Below the pieces are notes generated by a model, which saw nothing but the letters and a program-made list of their open reading frames with translations, did no database searches and was not told where the DNA came from. Below are positions 26,808 through 36,643 of a DNA stretch of 59,659 bases, piece after piece. Source of the DNA: an uncultured Parcubacteria group bacterium (GTDB lineage: Bacteria > Patescibacteriota > Minisyncoccia > UBA6257 > 2-01-FULL-56-20); the NCBI GenBank assembly GCA_903911245.1, contig CAIWCR010000010.1, forward strand, positions 1-59,659, written 5' to 3'. Position 1 is the first letter of the stretch. Each line of letters begins with the position of its first letter. A program made the translations under genes and the position numbers.

Positions 26808-29186
26808 TCATTCTCGCAATCTTCTGTGAATATCCTCTTCCACAACATTTCGATCAGCGCCATATTTTATACGCGAATATTCTTTTATTTTCGAAGCGAG
26901 ATTACGATCTCCGCCTCCCCATGATTTCGTGCCGATACGCATATTAAATGGATTTGAAGTTTGACCGTTAATAAGAAGTTTCACGTGAGCATTCGCATTA
27001 TCAATATTCATAAGATCGTTCTGATTAAATGTCGGCGTAAATTGTTTAACAAGAAATTCTGCATCATCGGCGCCAACACGGAAAATAATCTGCGAACCGA
27101 CATTGCCAAAAACAGAATCCTTAATCTTATCAATAAGCTGGGCAATAAACTGATGCGCGATGATAAGATTCAATCGATATTTTCGCGCTTCGGAAAGAAT
27201 TGTCGAAATCGAATCGGTCGCAAAATTCTGGAATTCATCAATATAAAGATTGAAGTCGCGGCGCTCATTCGTAGCTGCAACGTCGGCGCGAGAAAGCGCC
27301 GCCATCAAAATCTTTCCTGTAAAAATCATTCCCAAAAGCGAAGCGTTAATATCGCCAATGCGCCCCTTTGAAAGATTAATAAGTAAAATTTTTCCGCTAT
27401 CCATCGCTTCGCGGAAATTAAACGCCGACTTCTCCTGACCGATAATCGGCCTCATATAATCGTTCGAAATAAAATTATTGAACTTGGATGTGATATACGG
27501 CGTCATATTCGCAAGCGATGCTTCGCCACCAGCTTTTGCCGCTTCCTTCTGCCAAAAATCGATTACGACGGGATTGTGAATACGAGCGAGTTTCCGTGCA
27601 CGATACTCAGGATCAGTGAAAACGCGCGGAACTTCGGTAAACGTCGCTGGTTCATTTGGTAGGTCCTCCATAAGAAGAAGAAGCGCGTTTCGCATATATT
27701 GCTCGAACATCGGCCCCATTGTTTCCGGTGGAAAAAGCTTATTGAAAATACTTTGAATCTCATTCACGATGAAGGTCTTTTCCTCAGGGCGATCAAAATT
27801 ATAATCGAGCATATTAAGTCCCATGGGACGCTCAATATCTGCAGGATTGAAATAAATAACATCGTCCATGCGTTCTTTAGGTACAAACCCAAGCGCGTTT
27901 TCCACAAGATCACCGTGCGGATCGATTATCGCAAGCCCTTTCCCTGCCTGGATGTCTTCAATAATCATATTGCCAAGCAGCGTCGATTTTCCGGTACCGG
28001 TCTGTCCAAGAATATAAATATGGCGGCGGCGATCTTCGTCGCCCATATAAACTGATTTCAGTTGTCCACGAAAAACGCTTTCACCAAGAAGCAGGCCGTG
28101 GGTCGACAGATTCGATGGTGGTGGCGATTCTTTTGACTTCAACCACTTCACACGCGGAGTCTTTGTTGAAGATATTGGAAAATGATAAAAACTCGCAATT
28201 TCTTCCGCGGAAAGAACCATTATTTGAGAAGCATTGAATGAACGGAAAATAAAATCATCAATCAGCTTTTTTGAATTGCGGGGTTTTATGATTTTGAATT
28301 CATTTCGCTCCGGAGAACTAAATTGATTGAATCCCGCAGCAAGGCCATTCAAAATATCTTCCGCCTGAAATGACGAACCCGCCGACGCAACAAGGCGCAC
28401 ATTCACTTCAAAAAGAGGTTTTGCGATTTTGGATTGCAAGGCTTTCACTGCCTCTTCATCAACAATTCGCTCTTTCTTCTCTTCTGTCTCTTTTGAGGGA
28501 TTTATAACGTGCCATATTTCCGAAAATGAAAACGGAAATTCGTGTTGGAAAACGCGTTTCAGTGACTCCCCCTTTTTCAAGGCGGTGATATATCCATGAA
28601 GTCGTTTTTTTGCATCTTTCTTTGCCGGATGTACCACGACTTGAATGGCCGCTCCTTCTCCGATTTCATTAATCTTCGCAAGCGCACCAATAACCGACTC
28701 AAAAGAATCGGCTCCAAGATCAGCATATGTCTTCACCGGCAAAGCATAATTTTCCTTTTGGGAAAGATAGGCCGCTGCCACGGCTCCATGCGCATTGAAA
28801 ATAGTAAAATCATCCTGAACTAATGTTACACTCGCTCCGCTCCATAATCCTTGAATCTGTTTCATAGCAACTTCACTTGAAAGCTTTGGAACTGAAATAT
28901 AAAAATGAATCTCTTCGCCAACATGTGGCACCGCAATTTCAAATGCAAATGGTTTTTTAAAAGCAGAAAGTCCTGAAAGAAGCTGTTCGAAATGCACCAA
29001 TTCAAGCTTAAAATCCCCCCTTTCCGAACTGTCCGCTTTCTCATCGGTTCCTGTCCTCGGAATTTTAATAAGGAAAATTGACGACTGGAGTGAATCAAAA
29101 ACCCTCTTTCGCGAAGCGTGGCGAAACATAAAAAAGATCGCAACACCAGCAAAAACAAGAGTAATAAGAAAAAGAATGATGTACAT
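26808..29186 (-). CDS. membrane-anchored VirD4/TraG/TraD-like P-loop ATPase (T4SS coupling-protein-like)
   Basis: N-terminal TM helix, Walker A ILGQTGTGKST, and Walker B region LYIDEFQNF. Confidence 0.7.
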   Translation of the reverse strand: MYIILFLITLVFAGVAIFFMFRHASRKRVFDSLQSSIFLIKIPRTGTDEKADSSERGDFKLELVHFEQLLSGLSAFKKPFAFEIAVPHVGEEIHFYISVPKLSSEVAMKQIQGLWSGASVTLVQDDFTIFNAHGAVAAAYLSQKENYALPVKTYADLGADSFESVIGALAKINEIGEGAAIQVVVHPAKKDAKKRLHGYITALKKGESLKRVFQHEFPFSFSEIWHVINPSKETEEKKERIVDEEAVKALQSKIAKPLFEVNVRLVASAGSSFQAEDILNGLAAGFNQFSSPERNEFKIIKPRNSKKLIDDFIFRSFNASQIMVLSAEEIASFYHFPISSTKTPRVKWLKSKESPPPSNLSTHGLLLGESVFRGQLKSVYMGDEDRRRHIYILGQTGTGKSTLLGNMIIEDIQAGKGLAIIDPHGDLVENALGFVPKERMDDVIYFNPADIERPMGLNMLDYNFDRPEEKTFIVNEIQSIFNKLFPPETMGPMFEQYMRNALLLLMEDLPNEPATFTEVPRVFTDPEYRARKLARIHNPVVIDFWQKEAAKAGGEASLANMTPYITSKFNNFISNDYMRPIIGQEKSAFNFREAMDSGKILLINLSKGRIGDINASLLGMIFTGKILMAALSRADVAATNERRDFNLYIDEFQNFATDSISTILSEARKYRLNLIIAHQFIAQLIDKIKDSVFGNVGSQIIFRVGADDAEFLVKQFTPTFNQNDLMNIDNANAHVKLLINGQTSNPFNMRIGTKSWGGGDRNLASKIKEYSRIKYGADRNVVEEDIHRRLRE

Positions 29187-29212
29187 TAAAATAGGAATGA
29201 TCTAATGAATTA

Positions 29213-29629
29213 TCACTTAATAATCCCCCGCCTTTGTAGTTCGGGATAAAGCTTTCCCGCTAAAGCATCATGAAATACGTCCCGAACGAAAGCCGGCGAT
29301 TTATCTCCTTCGGAAAGCGCCTTTTCAAGTCCATGATGGAATACAAGATCAATAAGGTATTCTATTTCCAGTTTCACTTCCGGCGCCGCGTTCTCCGCAT
29401 AATTCGGCAATGGACTTTGCGCATTCGTTTGTGCCTGGGATTGAGAAGCCGATGCAGAAACGATATTGTGTTCAGGCCGCGGAAATGCACGAATCGCTTC
29501 TTTCAATAATTCTTTTTCAGAAGCATCTTTCATTTCTAATCGATCACGATGACTTTCAATTTCTGCCGCTAAGCGACGCATATCCGATTCTAGTGCTGTA
29601 TATTCAAATGAAGATTTCTGATTATCCAT
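29213..29629 (-). CDS. hypothetical protein
   Basis: 138-aa ORF lying 26 nt upstream of the ATPase gene on the same strand. No recognisable motif. Confidence 0.45.
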   Translation of the reverse strand: MDNQKSSFEYTALESDMRRLAAEIESHRDRLEMKDASEKELLKEAIRAFPRPEHNIVSASASQSQAQTNAQSPLPNYAENAAPEVKLEIEYLIDLVFHHGLEKALSEGDKSPAFVRDVFHDALAGKLYPELQRRGIIK

Positions 29630-29642
29630 AAAAATTCAAAGA

Positions 29643-29651
29643 TGTTATAAT
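29643..29651 (+). promoter_or_regulatory. extended -10 promoter (TGtTATAAT) 6 nt upstream of the ATG; leaderless geometry
   Basis: TG at 29643-29644, TATAAT at 29646-29651, spacer aaaaac, ATG at 29658. Confidence 0.45.
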
Positions 29652-29657
29652 AAAAAC

Positions 29658-31148
29658 ATGTCTAATACCAAAAAGTACGTGCTCTTGTTTTGTATTCTTA
29701 TTATAGCAACCTTTTTCAGATTCTACCATTTAACAACGATACCACCAGGACTTTATCCCGACGAAGCGATGAATGGTAACAACGCTTCAGAAGTTATTCA
29801 AACAGGGCAATTCAAAGTTTTCTATCCGGAAAACAATGGCCGCGAAGGTCTTTTTATCGGAATTCAAGCACTTGTTCTAAAAACGATCGGACTGCATGAA
29901 GCATGGGTACTCCGTCTGCCGTCAGCAGTTGTCGGAACTATCACGGTTCTTGGAATTTACTTTCTCGCCGCAGAACTTTTCGGAACCGAAATAGGACTTC
30001 TTGCGGCGTTTTTCATCGCAACAAGTTTTTGGCATATTAATTTTTCACGTATCGGTTTCCGCGCGATTATGGCGCCGTTCCTTTTGGTGTGGGGGGTTTA
30101 TTTTTTCATGAGAGCGCTCCGCGCGATTTCTTCCATGCGAGGAATGATATATGCAACGCTTGCAGGAATCATCTACGCACTCGGATTTTATACTTATATC
30201 TCCTATCGCGTCACGCCACTCCTTTTCCTACTCTTTCTTCCATTTTTTCAAAAGCATCCTGAATTCTGGAAGCGAACGATAATATTTATTTCGGTAACAT
30301 TCCTCGTCTGCCTTCCTATTGGATTATATTTCCTGGGACATCCTGGCGATTTCTTCGGAAGGACTTCTCAAATTTCGGTTTCGAGTTCGCAAAGTCCATT
30401 ACAAGATCTTGCATTGAATATCGCAAAAACAGCGCTCATGTTTAATGTCTCCGGTGATTATAATTGGCGGCAGAATATAAGCGGAGCTCCCGAACTTTTC
30501 TGGCCAGTAGGAATTCTTTTCCTTTTAGGAATTGTGATTGGGGTCCGCCAACTCTGGAAACAGTTTCGTGCAAAAGAAATCGTAAGCGGAGAAAACAATA
30601 TGTTTCCGAACTTTTCATTGCTTTTCATCTTTGTAATGTTTCTTCTTGCCGGACTTCCTGCGGTTATTTCAAACGAGGGCATTCCCCATGCTCTTCGCTC
30701 TATTATAATGATCCCCCCGGTCATGATGCTTGCAGCAATCGGTACACTATGGCTTTATCGATGGCTTATGGCAATGCCCCGCTATCAAAATTTCACGAAA
30801 ATTCTTTCATTGATTCTCCTTGCGTATATTGCCATTATCGGCGGCTATGCCAGCTACTTTATAACATGGGCACAGAATCCGAATGTACCTGAAGCATTCG
30901 CCGCAAACTATGTCGATATCGGAAATCAAATCAATGCACTACCAACCAATATTCCTAAATATGTCGTTGTAAATGCTGGCGGCGTTATGGCACGTGGACT
31001 TCCTATCCCAACAGAAACCGTCATCTTCATAACCGACTCATTCCTTCCCGATCAGGCTACCGCAAAAAATATTCATTATCTCCTTCCAAACGAAATCAGC
31101 GCGATTCCGGCTGGAACGTCGAGTAGTACAATCTTTTATATAAACTGA
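29658..31148 (+). CDS. GT-C glycosyltransferase (family 39 / ArnT-PMT-like)
   Basis: About 12 TM helices. First-loop motif PPGLYPDEAMNG, typical of ArnT/PMT_2 enzymes. Confidence 0.75.
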   Translation: MSNTKKYVLLFCILIIATFFRFYHLTTIPPGLYPDEAMNGNNASEVIQTGQFKVFYPENNGREGLFIGIQALVLKTIGLHEAWVLRLPSAVVGTITVLGIYFLAAELFGTEIGLLAAFFIATSFWHINFSRIGFRAIMAPFLLVWGVYFFMRALRAISSMRGMIYATLAGIIYALGFYTYISYRVTPLLFLLFLPFFQKHPEFWKRTIIFISVTFLVCLPIGLYFLGHPGDFFGRTSQISVSSSQSPLQDLALNIAKTALMFNVSGDYNWRQNISGAPELFWPVGILFLLGIVIGVRQLWKQFRAKEIVSGENNMFPNFSLLFIFVMFLLAGLPAVISNEGIPHALRSIIMIPPVMMLAAIGTLWLYRWLMAMPRYQNFTKILSLILLAYIAIIGGYASYFITWAQNPNVPEAFAANYVDIGNQINALPTNIPKYVVVNAGGVMARGLPIPTETVIFITDSFLPDQATAKNIHYLLPNEISAIPAGTSSSTIFYIN

Positions 31149-31172
31149 CATGAGACACTGCGTCATTAATAG

Positions 31173-31213
31173 TAAATAAAAAGAGCAATACAAAATATTG
31201 TTCTTTTTATTTT
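31173..31213. terminator. bidirectional terminator hairpin
   Basis: AAGAGCAATA (31181-31190) / TATTGTTCTT (31196-31205), with an A-run upstream and a T-run downstream. It lies between convergent genes. Confidence 0.55.
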
Positions 31214-31246
31214 GTTTCTTCTATTGTCGAACGAAACGATTGGATA

Positions 31247-31783
31247 CTATTCTATGCAACAATCCACAGCTTTCTTTACTAATTCGCCAAGTTTTCCCAT
31301 GAATCCTTTTTTCTCCGTATCATGCACATTCATCGCGTTGTCATCTATTTTTTTGATTCCTTCCGCAGAAACGAGCTTCATATTCAATCCCCAAAACAGC
31401 GAATAAAGGCTGTATGCTTTATCGAATAATTGGTAAGCCTTTTCCTTTTTTCCCATATCAAGCTGTTTTGTACCAACTTCCATAAGACGATAGCTCGCCG
31501 CAAGAAGATGTTTTGATATACACCACACCTCGCCTTCATATTCTTTTATGATTTCTTTGAGAAGCTCTTTTCGCATTTCGCGGACAGTCGTAATGAGATT
31601 ATAATATTCCGTTTTTCCGGTTTTTGCACCAGAGAAAAAAAGATGTTCTTCAATCCCAACAAGATTCATAATCGCAAGCGTCAAATCTTGATCAGATGAT
31701 AAATCCATCTTATCTTTCTTTTTCATCTGGTCGAACTTTTCTATAAGTTCGTTTACGCTCTTGATTGATTGCTCTTTATCCAT
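31247..31783 (-). CDS. hypothetical cytoplasmic protein (C-terminus ...VDCCIE)
   Basis: 178-aa ORF lying 14 nt downstream of the CxxC membrane gene. No recognisable domain. Confidence 0.45.
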   Translation of the reverse strand: MDKEQSIKSVNELIEKFDQMKKKDKMDLSSDQDLTLAIMNLVGIEEHLFFSGAKTGKTEYYNLITTVREMRKELLKEIIKEYEGEVWCISKHLLAASYRLMEVGTKQLDMGKKEKAYQLFDKAYSLYSLFWGLNMKLVSAEGIKKIDDNAMNVHDTEKKGFMGKLGELVKKAVDCCIE

Positions 31784-31797
31784 GTCATTATAATCCC

Positions 31798-32307
31798 TTA
31801 CCTAATAATAATATAAAAAATAAGACTTAAAAGGAGGAGTGAAACAACGGGCACAACAATTTTTTCAAACGGAAAATGAGCATGGCCACCATTTCGCTTT
31901 TTGAGAAGCTCATACCATTCCGTCCCAGCCCAAAACCCAAGACTTCCGACCACTATCCCAATAGTTAGTTTATCAACCCAAGCCCCATAAACCGCATTCG
32001 CCGAATTAGCGAGAAATCCCATGAAATAGAGCGGAATAACCACCACCGCATAATATGTAAGCGTGGTAACAATTCCAACACCCTTGAAATAGAAATTCTT
32101 TTTGTTGAACCAATTCAAGGTCCACATAATCATCGAAGCGGTGAGTCCTCCGATCCAAATCCCCGTTATCGAATCATCAACGCCAAGCCATCTTGAAAGA
32201 CCGATGCCCGCAGCGACCGCGATAGTACAAAACGGACACACTGCCTTGGTGATAAAAGGACTAAATAATCCAAAAACTAAAAATGGTAATGATAAAATTT
32301 TCTTCAT
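31798..32307 (-). CDS. polytopic membrane protein with a CPFC motif at the first helix
   Basis: The start is set at MKKILSLPFLVFG (codon 39 of the tracked ORF), 1 nt after the upstream stop. It has a signal-like N-terminus, then AVCPFCTIAVAAGIG and about 5 TM helices. Confidence 0.5.
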   Translation of the reverse strand: MKKILSLPFLVFGLFSPFITKAVCPFCTIAVAAGIGLSRWLGVDDSITGIWIGGLTASMIMWTLNWFNKKNFYFKGVGIVTTLTYYAVVVIPLYFMGFLANSANAVYGAWVDKLTIGIVVGSLGFWAGTEWYELLKKRNGGHAHFPFEKIVVPVVSLLLLSLIFYIIIR

Positions 32308-32308
32308 A

Positions 32309-32803
32309 TTATTGAATATTTGTTTTTTGTTTGAAAAAATTAATAACTGCTTCGTCTCCAATAACGCAATGTGAACCATCCCATAAAAACGGGACACCCA
32401 CTGAATCAGTGGCAACCCCACATGTTGTCGCTTTTTGAACTAATTCATTGGCATTCACGTCATCGCCAAAAACCTCTTTTTCCACAAATGAAACCTTGTT
32501 TTGAATATTATTATCTTTTATGAATTTTTCCACAAGAGCGCAATGCGAACAGCCATCACCATAGAAAAGAATGATTTTATCTTGGGCTTGGTTTTTTGCC
32601 GATGACGCGACAGAAGATGATGGCACGCCATTTTGAGAAATACTTGAAGATGAAATTTCAACGTCCGCGGAAAAAATCCCGGTCGGCGTTTGAATATTTT
32701 CTATTGCTTGTCGCGTTTTAGTTTTATCGGTAATAAGTAAAACAACCGAAAAACAAAATACCAAGAAAAATAGAATAGTTATGACAACGGTTTTTTTATT
32801 CAT
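32309..32803 (-). CDS. membrane-anchored thioredoxin/glutaredoxin-fold protein (CSHC active site)
   Basis: N-terminal TM anchor, ILFYGDGCSHCALVEKF (CxxC), and VPFLWDGSHCVIGD resembling the Grx cis-Pro region. Confidence 0.6.
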   Translation of the reverse strand: MNKKTVVITILFFLVFCFSVVLLITDKTKTRQAIENIQTPTGIFSADVEISSSSISQNGVPSSSVASSAKNQAQDKIILFYGDGCSHCALVEKFIKDNNIQNKVSFVEKEVFGDDVNANELVQKATTCGVATDSVGVPFLWDGSHCVIGDEAVINFFKQKTNIQ

Positions 32804-32882
32804 TGCAATATGAAAAGGTAATTAAAAAACAAAGGGAGACTTTTCCTTTTTTTAAAGAAGGGTTTTATAAAATCAAGGCTCC

Positions 32883-34232
32883 CTACTTCTTTCTTCTCCT
32901 CAAAAACGCAGGAATGTCCCAAGGATCGGTTTCGCTTTTTTCCTTCTCTTTCTCCTTATACTTATCCCTGTTCTTTTCATCTTTTGCCGGTTTTTCTTCT
33001 TTTGCAAAAAACGCTTCTGCCTTCATGGAGGCGGTCGATTGAGTCTCTTCGGCCATGCGAGGACGTTCCACTTCTTTTCGAACAACACGCGTATCATCAC
33101 GCGAAAACGTCTTTTTCTCGAAAATGCTTTCACTTTCTTGTGATACGCCATTTCCCAAAGATCCCGTCCGACCAAACATCGGCGGTCGCTCCCCTCCATA
33201 ATGAACTCCAAAAAGCGAATTCGGCTGGCTACTGCCATTAAAGCCGGTCGCGATAAGCGTTACTTTTACCTGATTTTGTTTCAAGTTTCTATCATAATAT
33301 GCTCCAAAAATAATACGCGCACCAGGATCGGCAGTCTGCGAAACAACTTTTGCGATATCATTCACTTCGTTCATTTTGAGATCACGACCACCGGAAATAC
33401 CAAGAAGGACTGCCTTTGCACCTTCCGGATTTGTTTCCAAAAGAGGCGAACGAAGCGCCATGTTAACAGCAGCAACAGCACGATCTGGTCCTGATGCAAT
33501 ACCAACGCCAACAATAGTAATACCGGCATCTTGTACGATATTTTTCACATCCGCAAAATCGACATTAATAATGCCAGGCTGCGCTACAATCTCCACAAGC
33601 CCATTCAGTGCATTGCGAAGCACTTCGTCAATTGCCTCGAATGCTTTCATTATTGGTGTATCTTTACTGATAATAGAAAAAATACGATCATTCGGAACAA
33701 CGATAAGCGCATCTACTTTATCTTTCAATTTCATAAGTCCTTCCTGAGCAATTCGTTCGCGCTGTGTTCCCTCAAAACTAAATGGCTTCGTGACGACGGC
33801 AATAGTAAGCGCGCCCGCCTGCTTTGCGACTTCTGCCAAAACTGGCATCACTCCAGTTCCTGTCCCACCACCAAGACCAGCCGTGAGAAAAACAAGATCA
33901 GTATCTTTTACAAGATCAATAAGTTCAGACTTATTTTCCTCCGCTGCCTGTCGTCCAAGATCGGGATTCATTCCCGTTCCAAGTCCACGCGTCAAATTTT
34001 TTCCGATATATAATTTTTTCTTTACATTACACTGATCAAGATCTTGATGATCGGTATTGATACCAATAAAATCAACACCACGAACAAAATCTTTTGCCAT
34101 GCGCGACACCGCATTGCATCCCCCGCCACCAACACCAATCACTTTCACGTTTGCGGAAAGCGGACGAAACTTTTCTTCTGTGTTCTTCTTATGAGTAGCC
34201 TTATGGATGATTTTCTTTTTCATTGTGTTCAT
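32883..34232 (-). CDS. ftsZ: cell division protein FtsZ
   Basis: IGVGGGGCNAV, GLGGGTGTG (tubulin signature) and NVDFADV. The real start may be the second ATG at 34223-34221 (see the promoter at 34231-34239). Confidence 0.95.
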   Translation of the reverse strand: MNTMKKKIIHKATHKKNTEEKFRPLSANVKVIGVGGGGCNAVSRMAKDFVRGVDFIGINTDHQDLDQCNVKKKLYIGKNLTRGLGTGMNPDLGRQAAEENKSELIDLVKDTDLVFLTAGLGGGTGTGVMPVLAEVAKQAGALTIAVVTKPFSFEGTQRERIAQEGLMKLKDKVDALIVVPNDRIFSIISKDTPIMKAFEAIDEVLRNALNGLVEIVAQPGIINVDFADVKNIVQDAGITIVGVGIASGPDRAVAAVNMALRSPLLETNPEGAKAVLLGISGGRDLKMNEVNDIAKVVSQTADPGARIIFGAYYDRNLKQNQVKVTLIATGFNGSSQPNSLFGVHYGGERPPMFGRTGSLGNGVSQESESIFEKKTFSRDDTRVVRKEVERPRMAEETQSTASMKAEAFFAKEEKPAKDEKNRDKYKEKEKEKSETDPWDIPAFLRRRKK

Positions 34233-34239
34233 TGTATCA
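34231..34239 (-). promoter_or_regulatory. extended -10 promoter (TGaTACAAT) 7 nt upstream of the second ftsZ ATG; leaderless geometry
   Basis: The minus strand reads TGATACAAT-gaacaca-ATG. The -10 overlaps the first tracked ATG. Confidence 0.35.
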
Positions 34240-34352
34240 AAATACTAGATTCGCGCAACATACAAAAAACCCTTGAGGAATATAGGATTTTGCCATTTTC
34301 CAAATTTCTTTCTTTCTGACTGCCCAAAAACAAGCGAATCACTGCTCTTTTT

Positions 34353-35612
34353 CTACGGTGTAAAATAACGGAGAAGCCTCTTTATCTCGTTCATTCCATT
34401 AAAACCAAACTGAGGCAATTCTGCTTGTGCCGATTTTTCTCCATAAATTCCCCATAACGCAAGACCAAATGCGCATACAAACTCTGGATCCTCAAGCGCC
34501 TCCTTAAGCTCCCCTCCTTCATTCTGCCATTCATCAGTCAAGCAACATCCTATCTGCGAAGACAACTTTACTTCTTGTCGCACTAAATCAACAAGTCCCG
34601 GCATTTTTGCACCACCACCAACAAGGACAACGCCTCCAGGTAAATTGCCATACTTCCCCGCGGTCCTTAATTCGTTGTTAACAAAATCAAAAATCTCTTC
34701 AAGTCGCGATTCTATAATTTCTGCAACAAAGCGAAGCGATACCGATCCCTTTGCTTCGGTCACAAACTTTTTCAATTCAATAGAGTCTTTTGCGCCAACT
34801 TCTTTCGCAAGTGCGCATCCGTAATGAAGCTTGATGCTTTCCGCAGCGTCCACTGGAATTTTCAAACCAACGGCGATGTCGCGAGAAACATGTTCTGCTC
34901 CAACTGGAAACTTTACCGCAAGCACAAGTTTATTTTCTTCATATACCGCAAGTCCCGTTGTCGCAAATCCGATATCAACAACTGCCGTTCCTAACTCTTT
35001 TTGCTTCCTACTCAATGCCGCACGCGCTGCAATAAGTGGAGAGAAAACAAGCCCGCCCACTTCGCCGCCGGCAAGCTCAACAGAATGGATTAATCCTTTT
35101 ACATGTGGCGAAAACGCATCAATGATAAGACTCTGCACTTCAAGACGACTTCCTGCAAGACCCATCGGATCAGCAATATCCCCCATCCCGTCCACCATAA
35201 ATTCTTTCGTGAGCGTGTGCACAATCATCCGATTCTGCGGCAGATTTACTGCTTGACTCGCACGCACCGCGCGATCAACATCCGCTTGATAAATTTGCGC
35301 ATCAGCACTTGAAACCGCAACAATGCCACGCGAAGATTGTGTCTTCGCTTCCGATGTTCCAATGCTTATAAAAATATTTTTAAGCGCCGACTTTGAAACT
35401 TTTTCTGCGCCAGTAAGCGTTCGTCGTATTGCCTGTGCCGCCTCTGGAAAATCAACAATTGCTCCTTTCCGCAAACCAGCCGATGGTTCTTTCGCAGCAT
35501 ACAAAAGCGTCGCACGCCCATTTTCTTTTCGGGCAACAACAATCTTTATCGAAGAGGTTCCGATATCAAGTCCTGTAATAATATCTCCATGAGCGTTGCC
35601 TTTGAACTTCAT
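34353..35612 (-). CDS. ftsA: cell division protein FtsA
   Basis: Actin-fold blocks GLDIGTSSIKIVV, VVDIGFATTGLAVY and VLVGGGAKMPGL. It lies upstream of ftsZ. Confidence 0.9.
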   Translation of the reverse strand: MKFKGNAHGDIITGLDIGTSSIKIVVARKENGRATLLYAAKEPSAGLRKGAIVDFPEAAQAIRRTLTGAEKVSKSALKNIFISIGTSEAKTQSSRGIVAVSSADAQIYQADVDRAVRASQAVNLPQNRMIVHTLTKEFMVDGMGDIADPMGLAGSRLEVQSLIIDAFSPHVKGLIHSVELAGGEVGGLVFSPLIAARAALSRKQKELGTAVVDIGFATTGLAVYEENKLVLAVKFPVGAEHVSRDIAVGLKIPVDAAESIKLHYGCALAKEVGAKDSIELKKFVTEAKGSVSLRFVAEIIESRLEEIFDFVNNELRTAGKYGNLPGGVVLVGGGAKMPGLVDLVRQEVKLSSQIGCCLTDEWQNEGGELKEALEDPEFVCAFGLALWGIYGEKSAQAELPQFGFNGMNEIKRLLRYFTP

Positions 35613-35618
35613 GAATGA

Positions 35619-35627
35619 ATTATATCA
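35619..35627 (-). promoter_or_regulatory. extended -10 promoter (TGaTATAAT) 6 nt upstream of the ftsA ATG; leaderless geometry
   Basis: The minus strand reads TGATATAAT-tcattc-ATG, with the ATG at 35612-35610. Confidence 0.45.
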
Positions 35628-35676
35628 AATAAAAAAGATTTTGAAAGTGCAAAATTATTCTACTCTGTCACCTCTC

Positions 35677-35717
35677 AAAATTAGAAAACAAATAGCCATC
35701 CAAGATAGATAGCTATT
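35677..35717 (-). terminator. terminator after ybeY
   Basis: The minus strand reads AATAGCTATC-tatcttg-GATGGCTATT followed by TGTTTTCTAATTTT. Confidence 0.5.
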
Positions 35718-35731
35718 GAGACAAAAGGACA

Positions 35732-36130
35732 TTAATTCTTTTTCCCCGAAGACAACTTATTAAGATTTTTCAAAACTTTTTTCTCAAGTCGTTCCATTTT
35801 TTCGGCAGAAACTTTTCTTCCATGAGAGTGGCCAAGAAGATGCAGAATACCATGCGTCAAGAGTGGCGCTATCCGCTCCGGCGACTTTTTTATGATATCT
35901 TCGTTTAAATAAATTTCACCGATGTATTTCTTTTTGGTTTCTGGATGCGGAAATGAATTCGGCTCCGGGAACGAAAGAATATTCGGTTCGGTTTTCTTTT
36001 TTATGAATTGTGCTTTCAGACGCGCGATGTCAGCGGTTTTGAGTAAAAAAATATCGAGGGTAGCCCCTCGAACACCAAGTATCGCTAATATCTTATCAGT
36101 AAGAAAAGAAAGACTATCTACGCCACACAT
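35732..36130 (-). CDS. ybeY: rRNA maturation endoribonuclease YbeY
   Basis: Zn-binding motif HGILHLLGHSH. Confidence 0.8.
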   Translation of the reverse strand: MCGVDSLSFLTDKILAILGVRGATLDIFLLKTADIARLKAQFIKKKTEPNILSFPEPNSFPHPETKKKYIGEIYLNEDIIKKSPERIAPLLTHGILHLLGHSHGRKVSAEKMERLEKKVLKNLNKLSSGKKN

Positions 36131-36139
36131 AAAATAATA

Positions 36140-36589
36140 TTATTGAGCAATCTTCTCCTTTATAATTTCGCCAACAATTTTTCCGTCGGCGCGGCCCGCA
36201 AGCGCCTTCATGGATTCGCGCATAAGAGAGCTGAAATCAGTAAACCCCTTTGCAATAGTTTCATCTACCACTTTCGCTATTGCTTCGCGAGAAAGCTCCT
36301 CGGGAAGATATGTCTGAATAATCGCGAGACCGGCGCCTTCTTTTATGACAAGATCGTCGCGATTCCCCTGCTTGAATAATTCGATTGATTCCTTCCTTTT
36401 CTTTGCCTCTTTTTGAAGCACGGAAATTGTTTCCGTATCAACCAATACGGCACCAGCTTCTTTCATTTCTTTTTCTTTCTGGGCAGCATTAAGACTAGAA
36501 AGAATAAAACGCAATGTTTCGAGGCGATCTTTTTCGCCCGACTTCATTGCCGACTTCATGTCTTCCCTGATTTGTTCGTAGAGAGTCAT
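36140..36589 (-). CDS. GatB/YqeY domain protein
   Basis: MTLYEQIREDMKSAMKSGEKDRLETLRFILS matches the YqeY N-terminus. The start is set at the second Met. Confidence 0.75.
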   Translation of the reverse strand: MTLYEQIREDMKSAMKSGEKDRLETLRFILSSLNAAQKEKEMKEAGAVLVDTETISVLQKEAKKRKESIELFKQGNRDDLVIKEGAGLAIIQTYLPEELSREAIAKVVDETIAKGFTDFSSLMRESMKALAGRADGKIVGEIIKEKIAQ

Positions 36590-36643
36590 TTTACTATCAT
36601 CGCTCCCCGACACCCTGGCCGGCGCAAGCAGAATCCTTTTAAA

